Positions 49,084 through 59,338 of a stretch of DNA of 64,000 nt are shown one piece after another; the first letter of the stretch is position 1, and each line of letters begins with the position of its first letter. This DNA is from an uncultured Bacillales bacterium. Its GTDB lineage: Bacteria > Bacillota_I > Bacilli_A > RFN20 > CAG-288. Location of the stretch: NCBI GenBank assembly GCA_949287425.1, contig CASEGJ010000010.1, positions 1,343 to 65,342 on the forward strand, read 5' to 3'. Below the pieces are notes generated by a model. The model saw nothing but the letters and a program-made list of their open reading frames with translations. It was not told the origin of the DNA and ran no database searches. The position numbers and the translations under genes were made by a program.

Positions 49084-50286
49084 TTAAAGCTTTAATAATC
49101 TAACAGTATCGCGGCAAATCATAATTTCTTCATCGGTAGGAATAACTACCATTGGGATAGAAGAATCTTTGCTAGAGATAATACCTTCTTTGCCGAGGAC
49201 GATTTCTTTATTGAGATTTTCATCGAGTTTTAAGCCTAAGAATTCGCTGCATTCTTCAATGACTTTAGTTCTGTAGAATGGGGCGTTTTCACCAATTCCA
49301 GCAGACCAAACTATTAAATCGACATGACCTAATCTACAAGCGTAACTTGCAATAAATTGAGCGAGTTTTCTCGACCACATAGTAACTGCTAAAATGGCAT
49401 TTTTATCGCCTTTATGATATCCAGCTTCAATATCTCTAGTATCGTTAGAAATTTCAGAGACGGCAAGTAAGCCAGATTGTTTGTTAAATTCGTTGTAGAG
49501 GTCTTCGCATGTTCTACCAGTTTGAGTAACTAAATAATTTAATACAGAAGGATCTAAATCGCCTGTTCTTGTACCCATCATAATTCCACCAAGAGGGGTT
49601 AATCCCATAGAAGTGAGAATTGATTTACCATCTTTAATAGCGGTTAAAGAAGCACCTGAACCGATATGTAAAGTTATGATTCTAGAATCTTTTTTATCGT
49701 GAAGATATTTGTGAATAGCAACTTCAGAAAGATATTTATGAGAAGTACCATGAGCACCATATCTTCTGCATTTATACTTTTCATAATATTCGTGTTTAAT
49801 CGGGAAAAGGTAATCGGCTTCTTCCATTGTTTGATGGAAAGCAGTATCGAAAACGGCAATTTGACCTACGTTAGGTAAAGCTTCTTTAAAAGCGTGATAT
49901 CCAATTAAATGAGGACGATTGTGAAGAGGAGCAAGAGGAATTAACGATTCGATTTTCGCTTCGACATCAGGAGTAAATATAGCTGAATCAGAGAAGTAAG
50001 GTCCACCTTGAACTACTCTATGACCGATACCTTTAATTTCATCAAGCGAGGAAATGATGTGTTCATTTAACATGCCATCAATAATCAATTTAACAGCGAC
50101 TGAATGATCTTTGATAGGTAAAATTTGAGTGTGTTTTTTACCATCTAAACCTTTAATAGTAAAAATACCATCATCATGACCTATTCTTTCGCAAATACCA
50201 GAAGTTATTGCTTTTTCTTCAGGCATTTCATAGAGTTTGAATTTCATACTGGATGAACCAGCGTTGACTGCCATTACTTTATACAT
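49084..50286 (-). CDS. ackA: acetate kinase
   Basis: NAGSSS.K, GHRVVQGG, APLHN, FDTAFH, GTRTGD, PTDEE; start after SD AGGAG. Confidence 0.98.
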   Translation of the reverse strand: MYKVMAVNAGSSSMKFKLYEMPEEKAITSGICERIGHDDGIFTIKGLDGKKHTQILPIKDHSVAVKLIIDGMLNEHIISSLDEIKGIGHRVVQGGPYFSDSAIFTPDVEAKIESLIPLAPLHNRPHLIGYHAFKEALPNVGQIAVFDTAFHQTMEEADYLFPIKHEYYEKYKCRRYGAHGTSHKYLSEVAIHKYLHDKKDSRIITLHIGSGASLTAIKDGKSILTSMGLTPLGGIMMGTRTGDLDPSVLNYLVTQTGRTCEDLYNEFNKQSGLLAVSEISNDTRDIEAGYHKGDKNAILAVTMWSRKLAQFIASYACRLGHVDLIVWSAGIGENAPFYRTKVIEECSEFLGLKLDENLNKEIVLGKEGIISSKDSSIPMVVIPTDEEIMICRDTVRLLKL

Positions 50287-50381
50287 TAAAAAAATCTCCT
50301 TTTTCAATATTTTATTTTAATTCCTAATAGATATATTTTCAATAAAACTTTATAATTGAAGTATAAAAGGTGGAGTAGTTT

Positions 50382-52313
50382 ATGGATTTAAAATGGTTTG
50401 ATGACTATCTTATGGGTAATTCACATGATGCTTATAAGCATTTTGGCGCCCATTTTGCTAAAGATGCTGATGGCAATTCTGGAGTTGAATTTTTAGTTTA
50501 TGCTCCTAGAGCTAGACAAATCAATGTGTTAGGTGATTTTAACAATTTTTCTATTTATGGTTCTTTGATGGAGAAAATTGATTATCGCGGATTGTTTAGA
50601 TATTTTGCTAAAGGTGCTAAAAATTATCAATCATATAAATTACATATTCAAAAAGCAGATGGTCATTGGGTTGAAAAATCTGATCCATTTGCCTTTTTTA
50701 ATGAACTTAGACCATCGATGTATTCACGCGTCTTTGATTTGAATGACTTTGTTTTTCACGATGATGAATTTATGAGTAATCGCGATAGGGGATTTGATAA
50801 GCCAATTAGTATATATGAGCTCCATCTTGGTTCCTGGAAAGGCAGAAAAGCAGATGGGACTTTCTATTCATATGAAGAAATGGCTGATATGCTAATTCCA
50901 TATTTGTTAGAAAATGAATTTACTCATATTGAGTTAATGCCAGTAACTCAATATCCTTACGATGGTTCTTGGGGCTATCAACCAACAGGTTATTTTTCAA
51001 TCGATTCTCGTTATGGTAATCCAAAACAACTTATGTCGTTTGTCGATAGAATGCATCAAGCGGGAATTTCAGTTTTGTTAGATTTCGTTCCTGTTCATTT
51101 TGCAACTGATAATTATGGCTTAGGCGATTTTGATGGCTCTAAAGTCTATGAATATGATAATGAAAATGAATATTCTCAGTGGGGAACTAAGAACTTCGAT
51201 TTAGGTAAAGATCCTGTTAGAAGTTTTCTAATTTCTTCAATGTGTTACTTTTTAGAAGTTTACCATTTTGATGGGGTTAGATTTGATGCAGTTAGCAATA
51301 TCATTTACTATGATGGAAATTCTTCTAGAGGAACTAATCAAGGTGGTATTGATTTTTTAAAAAGAGCTAACTGGACTGTCCATGAGTTTTATAAAGGTGC
51401 GATAACTATCGCTGAAGATTCTTCTTCATATGGTTTAGTTACTAAAGGCTTTTCAAATCAAGGGTTAGGTTTTGACTATAAATGGGATTTAGGTTGGATG
51501 AACGACACTTTAAAATATTATAAACTCGATCCTGTTTATAAGCGCTTTAATCATAACTTAATTACATTTTCTATGATGTATTTTTATTCTGAAAACTTTA
51601 TCTTGCCGTTATCTCACGATGAAGTTGTTCACATGAAAGGCTCAATTTTGAATAAGATGTGGGGAGATCAATATCAAAAATTCGCCCTAGTTAGAAATCT
51701 TTACGCCTATCAGTTTGCCCATCCTGGGAAAAAACTTAACTTTATGGGAAATGAATTAGCTACTTGGGATGAATGGTCTGAAAAGAAGTCGTTGTCTTGG
51801 AATTTAACTTCTTTTCCAAGTCACGATTCTGTCAAACGCTTATTTAGAGATTTAAATAGAGTTTATAAAAACCACAGGTGTATGTATTATCAAGAATATA
51901 ATCCAGATCATTTTAAATGGATTAAAGTTGATGACGCCGATCAATCTGTCTTTGTTTTTAAAAGAGAAGTTGAAGATGAAGTCATGTTGTTTGTTTTTAA
52001 TATGACACCTAATTTTTATCCGGAATTTAGAATTGGTGTACCATATCGAGGTATCTATGAAGAAGTTTTAAATACTGATAAAGATGTTTATGGTGGTTCG
52101 AATCAATATAATGGTGGAGAAATAATTAGTGATGATACTTTAGCTGATTATTGCTATAATTCAATAGTGATTAAATTAGCTAGCTTTGCAGCTTGTTATT
52201 TAAAGTTGGTTAAAAAGGTGCCTTATGTCGAGCCTAAAAAGAAGAAAATCACAAAAAAGAAGGTGGAAAAAGTTACTGCTAAGCAAGTTAAAACTAAGAA
52301 AGGTGGAAAATAA
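50382..52313 (+). CDS. glgB: 1,4-alpha-glucan branching enzyme
   Basis: IYELHLGSW, SWGYQ, RFDAV, IAEDS, SHDEVVH. Confidence 0.98.
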   Translation: MDLKWFDDYLMGNSHDAYKHFGAHFAKDADGNSGVEFLVYAPRARQINVLGDFNNFSIYGSLMEKIDYRGLFRYFAKGAKNYQSYKLHIQKADGHWVEKSDPFAFFNELRPSMYSRVFDLNDFVFHDDEFMSNRDRGFDKPISIYELHLGSWKGRKADGTFYSYEEMADMLIPYLLENEFTHIELMPVTQYPYDGSWGYQPTGYFSIDSRYGNPKQLMSFVDRMHQAGISVLLDFVPVHFATDNYGLGDFDGSKVYEYDNENEYSQWGTKNFDLGKDPVRSFLISSMCYFLEVYHFDGVRFDAVSNIIYYDGNSSRGTNQGGIDFLKRANWTVHEFYKGAITIAEDSSSYGLVTKGFSNQGLGFDYKWDLGWMNDTLKYYKLDPVYKRFNHNLITFSMMYFYSENFILPLSHDEVVHMKGSILNKMWGDQYQKFALVRNLYAYQFAHPGKKLNFMGNELATWDEWSEKKSLSWNLTSFPSHDSVKRLFRDLNRVYKNHRCMYYQEYNPDHFKWIKVDDADQSVFVFKREVEDEVMLFVFNMTPNFYPEFRIGVPYRGIYEEVLNTDKDVYGGSNQYNGGEIISDDTLADYCYNSIVIKLASFAACYLKLVKKVPYVEPKKKKITKKKVEKVTAKQVKTKKGGK

Positions 52314-52317
52314 AAAG

Positions 52318-54735
52318 ATGCTATTTGATAACAAAAAGACATTTATTAAGGAATTTACAACACGCGCTCAAGAAAAATTTGCTCATGAGCCTAGTGAAAT
52401 GGATTCATTAGAAATCTATGATATCTTAGGTGGAATGGTTCGCGACTATATGACTAGTCAGCAAATGGTATGTAAAAAAGCTATCGTCAAAGAAAACACT
52501 AAGCAACTTATATATTTCTCAATGGAATTTTTAGTCGGTAGACTTTTACAAGCTAATATGGTTAATTTAGGTATTAACGAAGTTGTTGAAAAAGGTCTAA
52601 AGGATTTAAATATCGATTTAGCAAATATAGTTGAACAAGAACCTGATGCTGGTTTAGGAAATGGTGGCTTAGGTAGATTAGCTGCCTGCTTTATGGATTC
52701 AATCGCTTCTAATGGCTTAGTTGGACACGGAAATTGTTTAAGATACGACTATGGTTTCTTTAGACAAAAAATCAATCAGTATGGCGAACAAGAAGAATAT
52801 CCAGATAACTGGTTATTAAATGGTTGCGTTTGGGAAATTAGAAAGCCTCAATTAGCGCAAAAAATTAAATTTTACGGTAGAGAAGAGACATATACCGATG
52901 TCGATGGTAATATTAAAAGAAGAACTGCCGATGCTATTAATGTATTAGCTATTCCATGTGATGTTTCTATCCCTGGTTATAAAAATGGCGTTGTCAACAC
53001 TTTAAGATTATGGACAGCTGAACCATCTGTCGATGATTTGCCAAAAGGCGTTTCTTTTGATGATTATCTTCAATTTGTAAGAAACATCACTCATGGTCTT
53101 TATCCTGATGATAGAACTGAACAAGGAAAGATGCTTCGTTTACGTCAGCAATATTTCTTAGTTTCTGCTGGATTACAATCGACTTTGTTTTCTCATTATA
53201 AGCAGTTCCATACTTTTGATAATTTATCTGATTTTTACGTTTTCCATTTAAATGATACTCATCCTATTTTAGCTATTCCTGAATTGATGAGATTGCTTAT
53301 GGATGACTATTCATATACATGGGAAAAAGCTTATTCTATTTGTCAAAAATGCTTTGCTTTTACTAATCATACTATTATGCCAGAAGCTTTGGAAAAATGG
53401 CCTACTCAATATATTTCTTCTTTATTCCCACGCGTATATATGATTATTGAAGAAATCAATAGAAGATTGTTAATCCAATATCGTGAAAATAATATTCCTC
53501 AAGAACAAATCGATAACGATATCATAATTAAAGATGGCATGATTAGAATGTGTCAATTAGCTATTAATGTCTGCTATTCTGTTAATGGTGTTGCTAAGAT
53601 ACATACTGAAATTTTAAAAGATCAAACTTTTAAAGATCTTTATACTATGTATCCAAATAAATTTAATAATAAGACAAATGGAATTTCACATCGTCGTTTC
53701 TTATTGGTCGCTAATCCTGAATTAGGTAAATTTATTTCTGACCGCGTATCTGAAAATTGGGTTTTAGATCCCCAAACTTATTTACCTAAATTGCTCGATT
53801 ATGTCGATGATGAAAAGTCATTAAAGAAACTTATTGAAATTAAAAAGCACAATAAGCAAAATCTCGTTAAATTTATCGAGAAGCACAACCATATAACTAT
53901 CGATTCGAATTCAATTATCGATACACAAATTAAACGTCTTCACGCTTATAAACGTCAGTTAATGAACATTTTTAGAATTATTTATCTTTCTAAAAAATTA
54001 AAATCTGATCCTGATTTTACAATGCAGCCTCACACTTACATTTTTGGCGCTAAAGCTGCTCCAAGCTACTTATTAGCTAAAAAGATTATTGAATTGATAA
54101 ATTGCGTTGCTAAGAAAATCAATTCTGATAAAAAATTATCTAAATATATTAAAGTAATTTTTATTGAGAATTACGATGTTTCTAAAGCTATGAAAATCAT
54201 TCCTGCCAGTGATGTTTCTGAACAGATTTCTCTTGCTGGTAAAGAAGCTAGTGGTACATCAAATATGAAGTTTATGATGAATGGCGCTTTGACTTTAGGT
54301 ACTTTAGATGGTGCTAACGTTGAAATTGCTGATTTAGTTGGACAAGAAAATTGCGTTATTTTTGGTATGACTGAACCTGAAGTCAATCAATTGAGATATT
54401 CTAATTCATATTCTGCTATGGAAATTTATAATAGCGATAGTGAAATTAAAGAAGTTATGGATTCATTAATTGATGGAAGCTTTGATCCTGATATAAATAG
54501 ATTTAGAATGATATTCGATGATATCTATTATAAAGATGAGTTCTTTGTCTTAGCTGATTTAAAGAGTTATATTCAAGCATCTTATAAAATTGACGAACTT
54601 TATAAAGATAAATTATCATGGGCTAAAAAGTGCTTAATTAATATTGCTAAATCTGGCTATTTTAGTTCAGATCGTACTATTGATGAATATAATAAAGACA
54701 TTTGGCATCTTCAAAAGCTCGATTTATCTAAATAA
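52318..54735 (+). CDS. glgP: glycogen phosphorylase
   Basis: GLGNGGLGRLAACF, NDTHP, IKRLH.YKRQ, EASGTSNMK; start ATG 52318. Confidence 0.98.
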   Translation: MLFDNKKTFIKEFTTRAQEKFAHEPSEMDSLEIYDILGGMVRDYMTSQQMVCKKAIVKENTKQLIYFSMEFLVGRLLQANMVNLGINEVVEKGLKDLNIDLANIVEQEPDAGLGNGGLGRLAACFMDSIASNGLVGHGNCLRYDYGFFRQKINQYGEQEEYPDNWLLNGCVWEIRKPQLAQKIKFYGREETYTDVDGNIKRRTADAINVLAIPCDVSIPGYKNGVVNTLRLWTAEPSVDDLPKGVSFDDYLQFVRNITHGLYPDDRTEQGKMLRLRQQYFLVSAGLQSTLFSHYKQFHTFDNLSDFYVFHLNDTHPILAIPELMRLLMDDYSYTWEKAYSICQKCFAFTNHTIMPEALEKWPTQYISSLFPRVYMIIEEINRRLLIQYRENNIPQEQIDNDIIIKDGMIRMCQLAINVCYSVNGVAKIHTEILKDQTFKDLYTMYPNKFNNKTNGISHRRFLLVANPELGKFISDRVSENWVLDPQTYLPKLLDYVDDEKSLKKLIEIKKHNKQNLVKFIEKHNHITIDSNSIIDTQIKRLHAYKRQLMNIFRIIYLSKKLKSDPDFTMQPHTYIFGAKAAPSYLLAKKIIELINCVAKKINSDKKLSKYIKVIFIENYDVSKAMKIIPASDVSEQISLAGKEASGTSNMKFMMNGALTLGTLDGANVEIADLVGQENCVIFGMTEPEVNQLRYSNSYSAMEIYNSDSEIKEVMDSLIDGSFDPDINRFRMIFDDIYYKDEFFVLADLKSYIQASYKIDELYKDKLSWAKKCLINIAKSGYFSSDRTIDEYNKDIWHLQKLDLSK

Positions 54736-54815
54736 CAGGGTATAATTTATTATCTTTATTGCTAAATTTTAATTCTTGTTATAAAATTAAAAAGGTTTTT
54801 ACTTACGGAGGAATT

Positions 54816-56120
54816 ATGGAAAAAGTATTTAAAAATAACAACGATGGAACACTTAGTGTAACTTGTACTTATCAAAAGGAAGAATATGCTCCTATTGCTA
54901 GTAAAGTACAAATTAATCTTTGCAAAAATGTCACTGTCAAAGGTTTTAGAAAAGGTAAGGCTCCAATTGAAACTGCTATTAGATATATCAAACCTGAAGA
55001 TGTTTATAATGGAATGATCAATAAGCTTATAGATAAGGATTTTGCTAGTCTATTAGATGGCTATGACGCTTCAACTGTCGCCAATATTCACCCTTCATTA
55101 AAAGTAGATTACGATGATAAAAAGAAAGAATATAAATTAGCTTATACTTTCTATTTATTACCTACTAGTGAAGTTAAAAAATCCACTGATTTAAAAGTTA
55201 AAGCTACTAAGAAAAAAGTTACTGATGAAGAAATAAATAGCAAGATTGACGCTTTGTTAGTTGATAATGCCGAACTTGTTCCTAGTGAAGATAAAGCTAG
55301 CGAAAATGGCGATCATGTCATCATTGATTTTACTGGCTATGTCGATGGCAAAGAATTTGATGGTGGTTCTGCTAACGATTATGAATTAGTATTAGGTTCT
55401 AATTCATTTGTTCCTGGTTTTGAAAGTCAATTAATTGGGATGAAAGAAGATGAAAAGCGCACTATTGAAGTTACTTTCCCAGAAAATTATGTCGCTTCAT
55501 TAGCTGGTAAAAAGGCTAAGTTCTCAGTTAAATGTAAAGCTGTTAAAAAGGTAGTTAAACCTGAGTTAAATGATGATTTTGCTAGTAGCTTAGATTCTTA
55601 TAAGGTTAAAACTGTCGAAGAATTAAAAGCTAAGATTAAAGAAGATTTAGGTAAGCAACACGAGCAAGAAGCTAGAGACGAAAAATTAAATAAAGTCTTA
55701 CAAGCTATTGCTAAAGATACTAAAGCTATTTATTCTCAACATTATTTAGATGTAATGAGCAAACAAATTCAAAACAATCAAGTTAATCAAATTAAGCAAT
55801 ATGGTCTCGATTTAGATTCCTATTTGAAATTGATTGGCTTATCTAAAGAACAATTTGAAACTAATTGCAAGAATCAAGCTGTTCAAGAAGCTAATTCGTT
55901 TGCTATTTTGCAAGGTGTTGCTAAAGCTAACAAATTAGAAGTTTCACAAGAAGAATTAGAAAATTACTTTGGCGGTAAAGAAAAGTTTGATCAACTTATG
56001 GATACTGCTAAAAAACAACAAGGTAAAAATCCTAACTTCTCAATTGAAGCTTACCTTGATAATGTTAAGCAATCCTTATTAGATCAAAAGGTCAAAAACT
56101 TCTTGATTGATAATAACTAA
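54816..56120 (+). CDS. tig: trigger factor
   Basis: GFRKGKAP signature, FKBP domain (IDFTG, FVPGFE); start after SD GGAGG. Confidence 0.97.
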   Translation: MEKVFKNNNDGTLSVTCTYQKEEYAPIASKVQINLCKNVTVKGFRKGKAPIETAIRYIKPEDVYNGMINKLIDKDFASLLDGYDASTVANIHPSLKVDYDDKKKEYKLAYTFYLLPTSEVKKSTDLKVKATKKKVTDEEINSKIDALLVDNAELVPSEDKASENGDHVIIDFTGYVDGKEFDGGSANDYELVLGSNSFVPGFESQLIGMKEDEKRTIEVTFPENYVASLAGKKAKFSVKCKAVKKVVKPELNDDFASSLDSYKVKTVEELKAKIKEDLGKQHEQEARDEKLNKVLQAIAKDTKAIYSQHYLDVMSKQIQNNQVNQIKQYGLDLDSYLKLIGLSKEQFETNCKNQAVQEANSFAILQGVAKANKLEVSQEELENYFGGKEKFDQLMDTAKKQQGKNPNFSIEAYLDNVKQSLLDQKVKNFLIDNN

Positions 56121-56133
56121 ACGCGATTTGACT

Positions 56134-56160
56134 AAGGTGGGAAAAAATCCCACCTTTATT
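56134..56160 (+). terminator. tig terminator
   Basis: AAGGTGGGA/TCCCACCTT stem + TATT. Confidence 0.85.
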
Positions 56161-56251
56161 CTTGATGTAAATAACTAGCATTGTTAATAGAAATATAGTA
56201 AATTATTTTTTATAGCTTATTTTAAATGATATTAAGTAAGCTAACAGATAA

Positions 56252-56278
56252 TTAGCAATCACATCTTGACATTGCTAA
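56252..56278. promoter_or_regulatory. CIRCE element 1 (HrcA operator) overlapping -35
   Basis: TTAGCAATC-N9-CATTGCTAA versus consensus TTAGCACTC-N9-GAGTGCTAA. Confidence 0.75.
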
Positions 56279-56293
56279 TTTGCTATGTATAAT
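56266..56293 (+). promoter_or_regulatory. sigma-A promoter of lon
   Basis: TTGACA-N16-TATAAT. Confidence 0.85.
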
Positions 56294-56297
56294 ATTA

Positions 56298-56324
56298 TTA
56301 GCACTTATTAGCTTTGAGTGCTAA
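56298..56324. promoter_or_regulatory. CIRCE element 2 (HrcA operator)
   Basis: TTAGCACTT-N9-GAGTGCTAA, 1 mismatch to consensus. Confidence 0.93.
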
Positions 56325-56354
56325 TAATTCAATCTAAATAAAGGAGGAATTAAT

Positions 56355-58790
56355 ATGGATCAAAATTTCATACTACCTATTTATCCTGATTCTCAAGATG
56401 TACCTTTACCATCTATTTCATACAAGATTAGAGTTTATGATAGTTATGGCAAACGTTTATTTGATTATTTAAATAACGGCGATCATTTTGTGTTGACTTC
56501 CACTAACATGGATTTTGCTTTTAATAATTTATCCGATGCTAATTTAAGTCAAATTTTAAATACTATTGAACCGGTTGCTACAATCTGTGAAATTGATAAA
56601 ATTACTAAGAATAAAGCCAGTTATACTATTGAATTTACTGCTGTTGATGCTTGTAGCTTGCAAGGAATCCGCTTAATGGATGATCAAGCTATTGTTTTAG
56701 GTACAGGTAGATTTATTAAATCAGCTACCACTGATAAATTTATGCTGATGCCTTTTATTAATGATATAAGAAATAAATACGCTCAAATTAGTAAGAAGAT
56801 ATCTGGTTTTCCTGAGTTTCCAAATGATGATGTTTTTGAAAAATATGAACCTTCTTTCTATTTAGCTTATTTTTTAAATCTCTCAAGAGAAGTTAAGTTA
56901 ACCTTACTTAACGAAGTCGATCCTACTAAAAGATTGCAAATTGTCTTGAAAAACATGAGCCTTTTAGCTAGTGATCCTCAAATTGAAAATACCATTAATG
57001 CCAAAGTTGAACGCGCTATTGAAAAGAATCAAAAAGAATTCATTTTGCGTGAAAAAATGAAGGCTATTAAAGATGAATTAAAGCCATATGATGGTCCTAG
57101 CGATGAAGATAAATATCAAGCAGTTATTGATGATAAAACTGATAAATATCCTCAAAAAGTCAAAGATAAGGTTAAACAAGAGTTATCAAGAATGCAAGCT
57201 ATGCCAGCTGGTTCGCAAGAATTTGCTGTAATTAAGACATATCTTGATTTGTTAATTTCTATGCCATGGAAAAATGCTACTCAAGATAATGAAAATATGG
57301 CAGAAGTTAAAAAAGTCCTTGACGATGATCATTATGGACTTGAAAAGCAAAAGGCTAGAATCAGTGAATATTTAGCTGTTAAATCTTTAACTCATTCTTT
57401 AAAAAGCCCTATTTTATGCTTATATGGCCCACCTGGAACCGGTAAAACTTCCTTAGCGATTTCTATTGCTAAAGCTTTAGGTAGGAAATTTGTAAAGATT
57501 TCTTTAGGTGGTGTTTCTGATGAATCAGAAATTAGAGGCCATAGAAAGACATATGTCGGTGCTATGCCTGGCAAGATTATTTCTAATTTAAATAAAGTTA
57601 AAGTTAATAATCCGGTTATGCTACTTGATGAAATTGATAAGTTGAAAGATGGCGGCTATCATGGAGATCCCGCTTCTGCTTTATTAGAAGTTCTCGATCC
57701 TGAACAAAACGTCAATTTCCAAGATAATTATCTTGAAGAGACTTTTGATTTGTCCAATGTCTTATTTATTTGTACTGCTAATAATATTAGAGATATTCCT
57801 GCTCCATTATTAGATAGATTAGAGCTAATTGAATTAAATACTTATACTACAATTGAAAAGTTCCATATCGCTATGGGGCATTTGATTCCTTTAGAATTAG
57901 AAGCTAATGGCCTAAATAAAGAAAACATTACTTTTAAAGATGAAGCTATCTACTATATTATTGAAAATTACACTAGAGAAGCTGGTGTTAGAGGCTTAAG
58001 AAGATGTATCGGCTCGATTATGAGAAAATTTGCCGTTGAATTTTTAACTGAAGGCAAATCTATTTCTGAAGCTCATATCGATATCGGAGTTAAAGAAGTT
58101 GAGAAATATTTAGGTAAACCTATATTCGTTCATACTAAATCTGTATTAGCTCCTCAAGTCGGTGTTGTTAATGGACTTGCCTATACTGACTTTGGTGGGG
58201 AAATTTTACAGATTGAAGTTAATTATTACGGCGGTAGTGGTCAGCTTCTTTTAACTGGTAATTTAGGAAAAGTTATGGAAGAATCTGCTCGTACAGCTTT
58301 CTCGTTTGTCAAATCAATTTCCGATAAACTTCACATTAAAGATGATTTTTGGAAAACACACGATTTCCATATTCACGCTCCCGAAGGTGCTACTCCTAAA
58401 GATGGACCTTCAGCTGGTGTCGCTTTAACTATGGCTATTATGTCTGCTGCTTGCAATATTCCTTTAAGAAACGATGTTGGAATGACTGGTGAAGTCGATT
58501 TACGCGGTAATTCAATGCAAATTGGTGGCTTAAGAGAAAAATCATTAGCGGCCTTACGTGAAGGGTTAAAATTAATCCTAGTTCCAAAAGAAAATCACAA
58601 CGATGTTCTTGAATTACCAGAAGAAGTTAAAAAAGGACTTCAAATTGTTGAAGTTAGCACTGCTTTAGAAGTAGTTAAATACTTATTTACAAAAGATCCT
58701 TTCGATGAAAACAATTCAAATCAAATCGGCGGGAATGAAAAAATATTAAATATTAACGATGATAAACCTAGCGAACAGTCAATTTGTTAA
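56355..58790 (+). CDS. lon: ATP-dependent Lon protease
   Basis: GPPGTGKT, LLDEIDK, PKDGPSAG, GGLREK. Confidence 0.99.
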   Translation: MDQNFILPIYPDSQDVPLPSISYKIRVYDSYGKRLFDYLNNGDHFVLTSTNMDFAFNNLSDANLSQILNTIEPVATICEIDKITKNKASYTIEFTAVDACSLQGIRLMDDQAIVLGTGRFIKSATTDKFMLMPFINDIRNKYAQISKKISGFPEFPNDDVFEKYEPSFYLAYFLNLSREVKLTLLNEVDPTKRLQIVLKNMSLLASDPQIENTINAKVERAIEKNQKEFILREKMKAIKDELKPYDGPSDEDKYQAVIDDKTDKYPQKVKDKVKQELSRMQAMPAGSQEFAVIKTYLDLLISMPWKNATQDNENMAEVKKVLDDDHYGLEKQKARISEYLAVKSLTHSLKSPILCLYGPPGTGKTSLAISIAKALGRKFVKISLGGVSDESEIRGHRKTYVGAMPGKIISNLNKVKVNNPVMLLDEIDKLKDGGYHGDPASALLEVLDPEQNVNFQDNYLEETFDLSNVLFICTANNIRDIPAPLLDRLELIELNTYTTIEKFHIAMGHLIPLELEANGLNKENITFKDEAIYYIIENYTREAGVRGLRRCIGSIMRKFAVEFLTEGKSISEAHIDIGVKEVEKYLGKPIFVHTKSVLAPQVGVVNGLAYTDFGGEILQIEVNYYGGSGQLLLTGNLGKVMEESARTAFSFVKSISDKLHIKDDFWKTHDFHIHAPEGATPKDGPSAGVALTMAIMSAACNIPLRNDVGMTGEVDLRGNSMQIGGLREKSLAALREGLKLILVPKENHNDVLELPEEVKKGLQIVEVSTALEVVKYLFTKDPFDENNSNQIGGNEKILNINDDKPSEQSIC

Positions 58791-59337
58791 ATCGTGTGCG
58801 AGTAAAAAAGACTTTTTAACTGATAAAAAGCAAGTCGTCTTTTTGGGTCGCTCTAATGTTGGTAAATCTTCTTTAATTAACGCTTTAACTAACAATAAGA
58901 AATTGGTTTATGTTTCTTCTACTCCTGGAAGAACTAAACTGATTTCTTATTTTTCTATAGGTGAATTAGCATACTTAGTCGATGCACCAGGTTATGGTTA
59001 TTTTAAAGATGGTTCATTGGATTTTGAAGATATGATTTTGGATTATTTTTCCTTGGGACCAAAATATATTAAAAGGGTATATTTATTGCTAGATTCAAGA
59101 CGAGAATTAACTGACGATGATAAAAAGGCAATAGAATTAATTTCTTCATACGGATTAAAGATTAGATTTGTCTTTACGAAATTAGATAAATTAAACATGT
59201 CTGAGAAAGCAAAATTAATGAAACGAATTGAGGATAATTTCCCAGATATTTCTATTTATCTAACTTCTTCAAGTAAAAAAATTGGTTTAGATAAAATAAT
59301 TAGCGATATAAATGCCGCCATCAAAGAAAGGGATTAA
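58759..59337 (+). CDS. engB: ribosome biogenesis GTPase YsxC/EngB
   Basis: GRSNVGKSS, PGRT, DAPGYG, TKLD; follows lon. Confidence 0.96.
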   Translation: MINLANSQFVKSCASKKDFLTDKKQVVFLGRSNVGKSSLINALTNNKKLVYVSSTPGRTKLISYFSIGELAYLVDAPGYGYFKDGSLDFEDMILDYFSLGPKYIKRVYLLLDSRRELTDDDKKAIELISSYGLKIRFVFTKLDKLNMSEKAKLMKRIEDNFPDISIYLTSSSKKIGLDKIISDINAAIKERD

Positions 59338-59338
59338 T

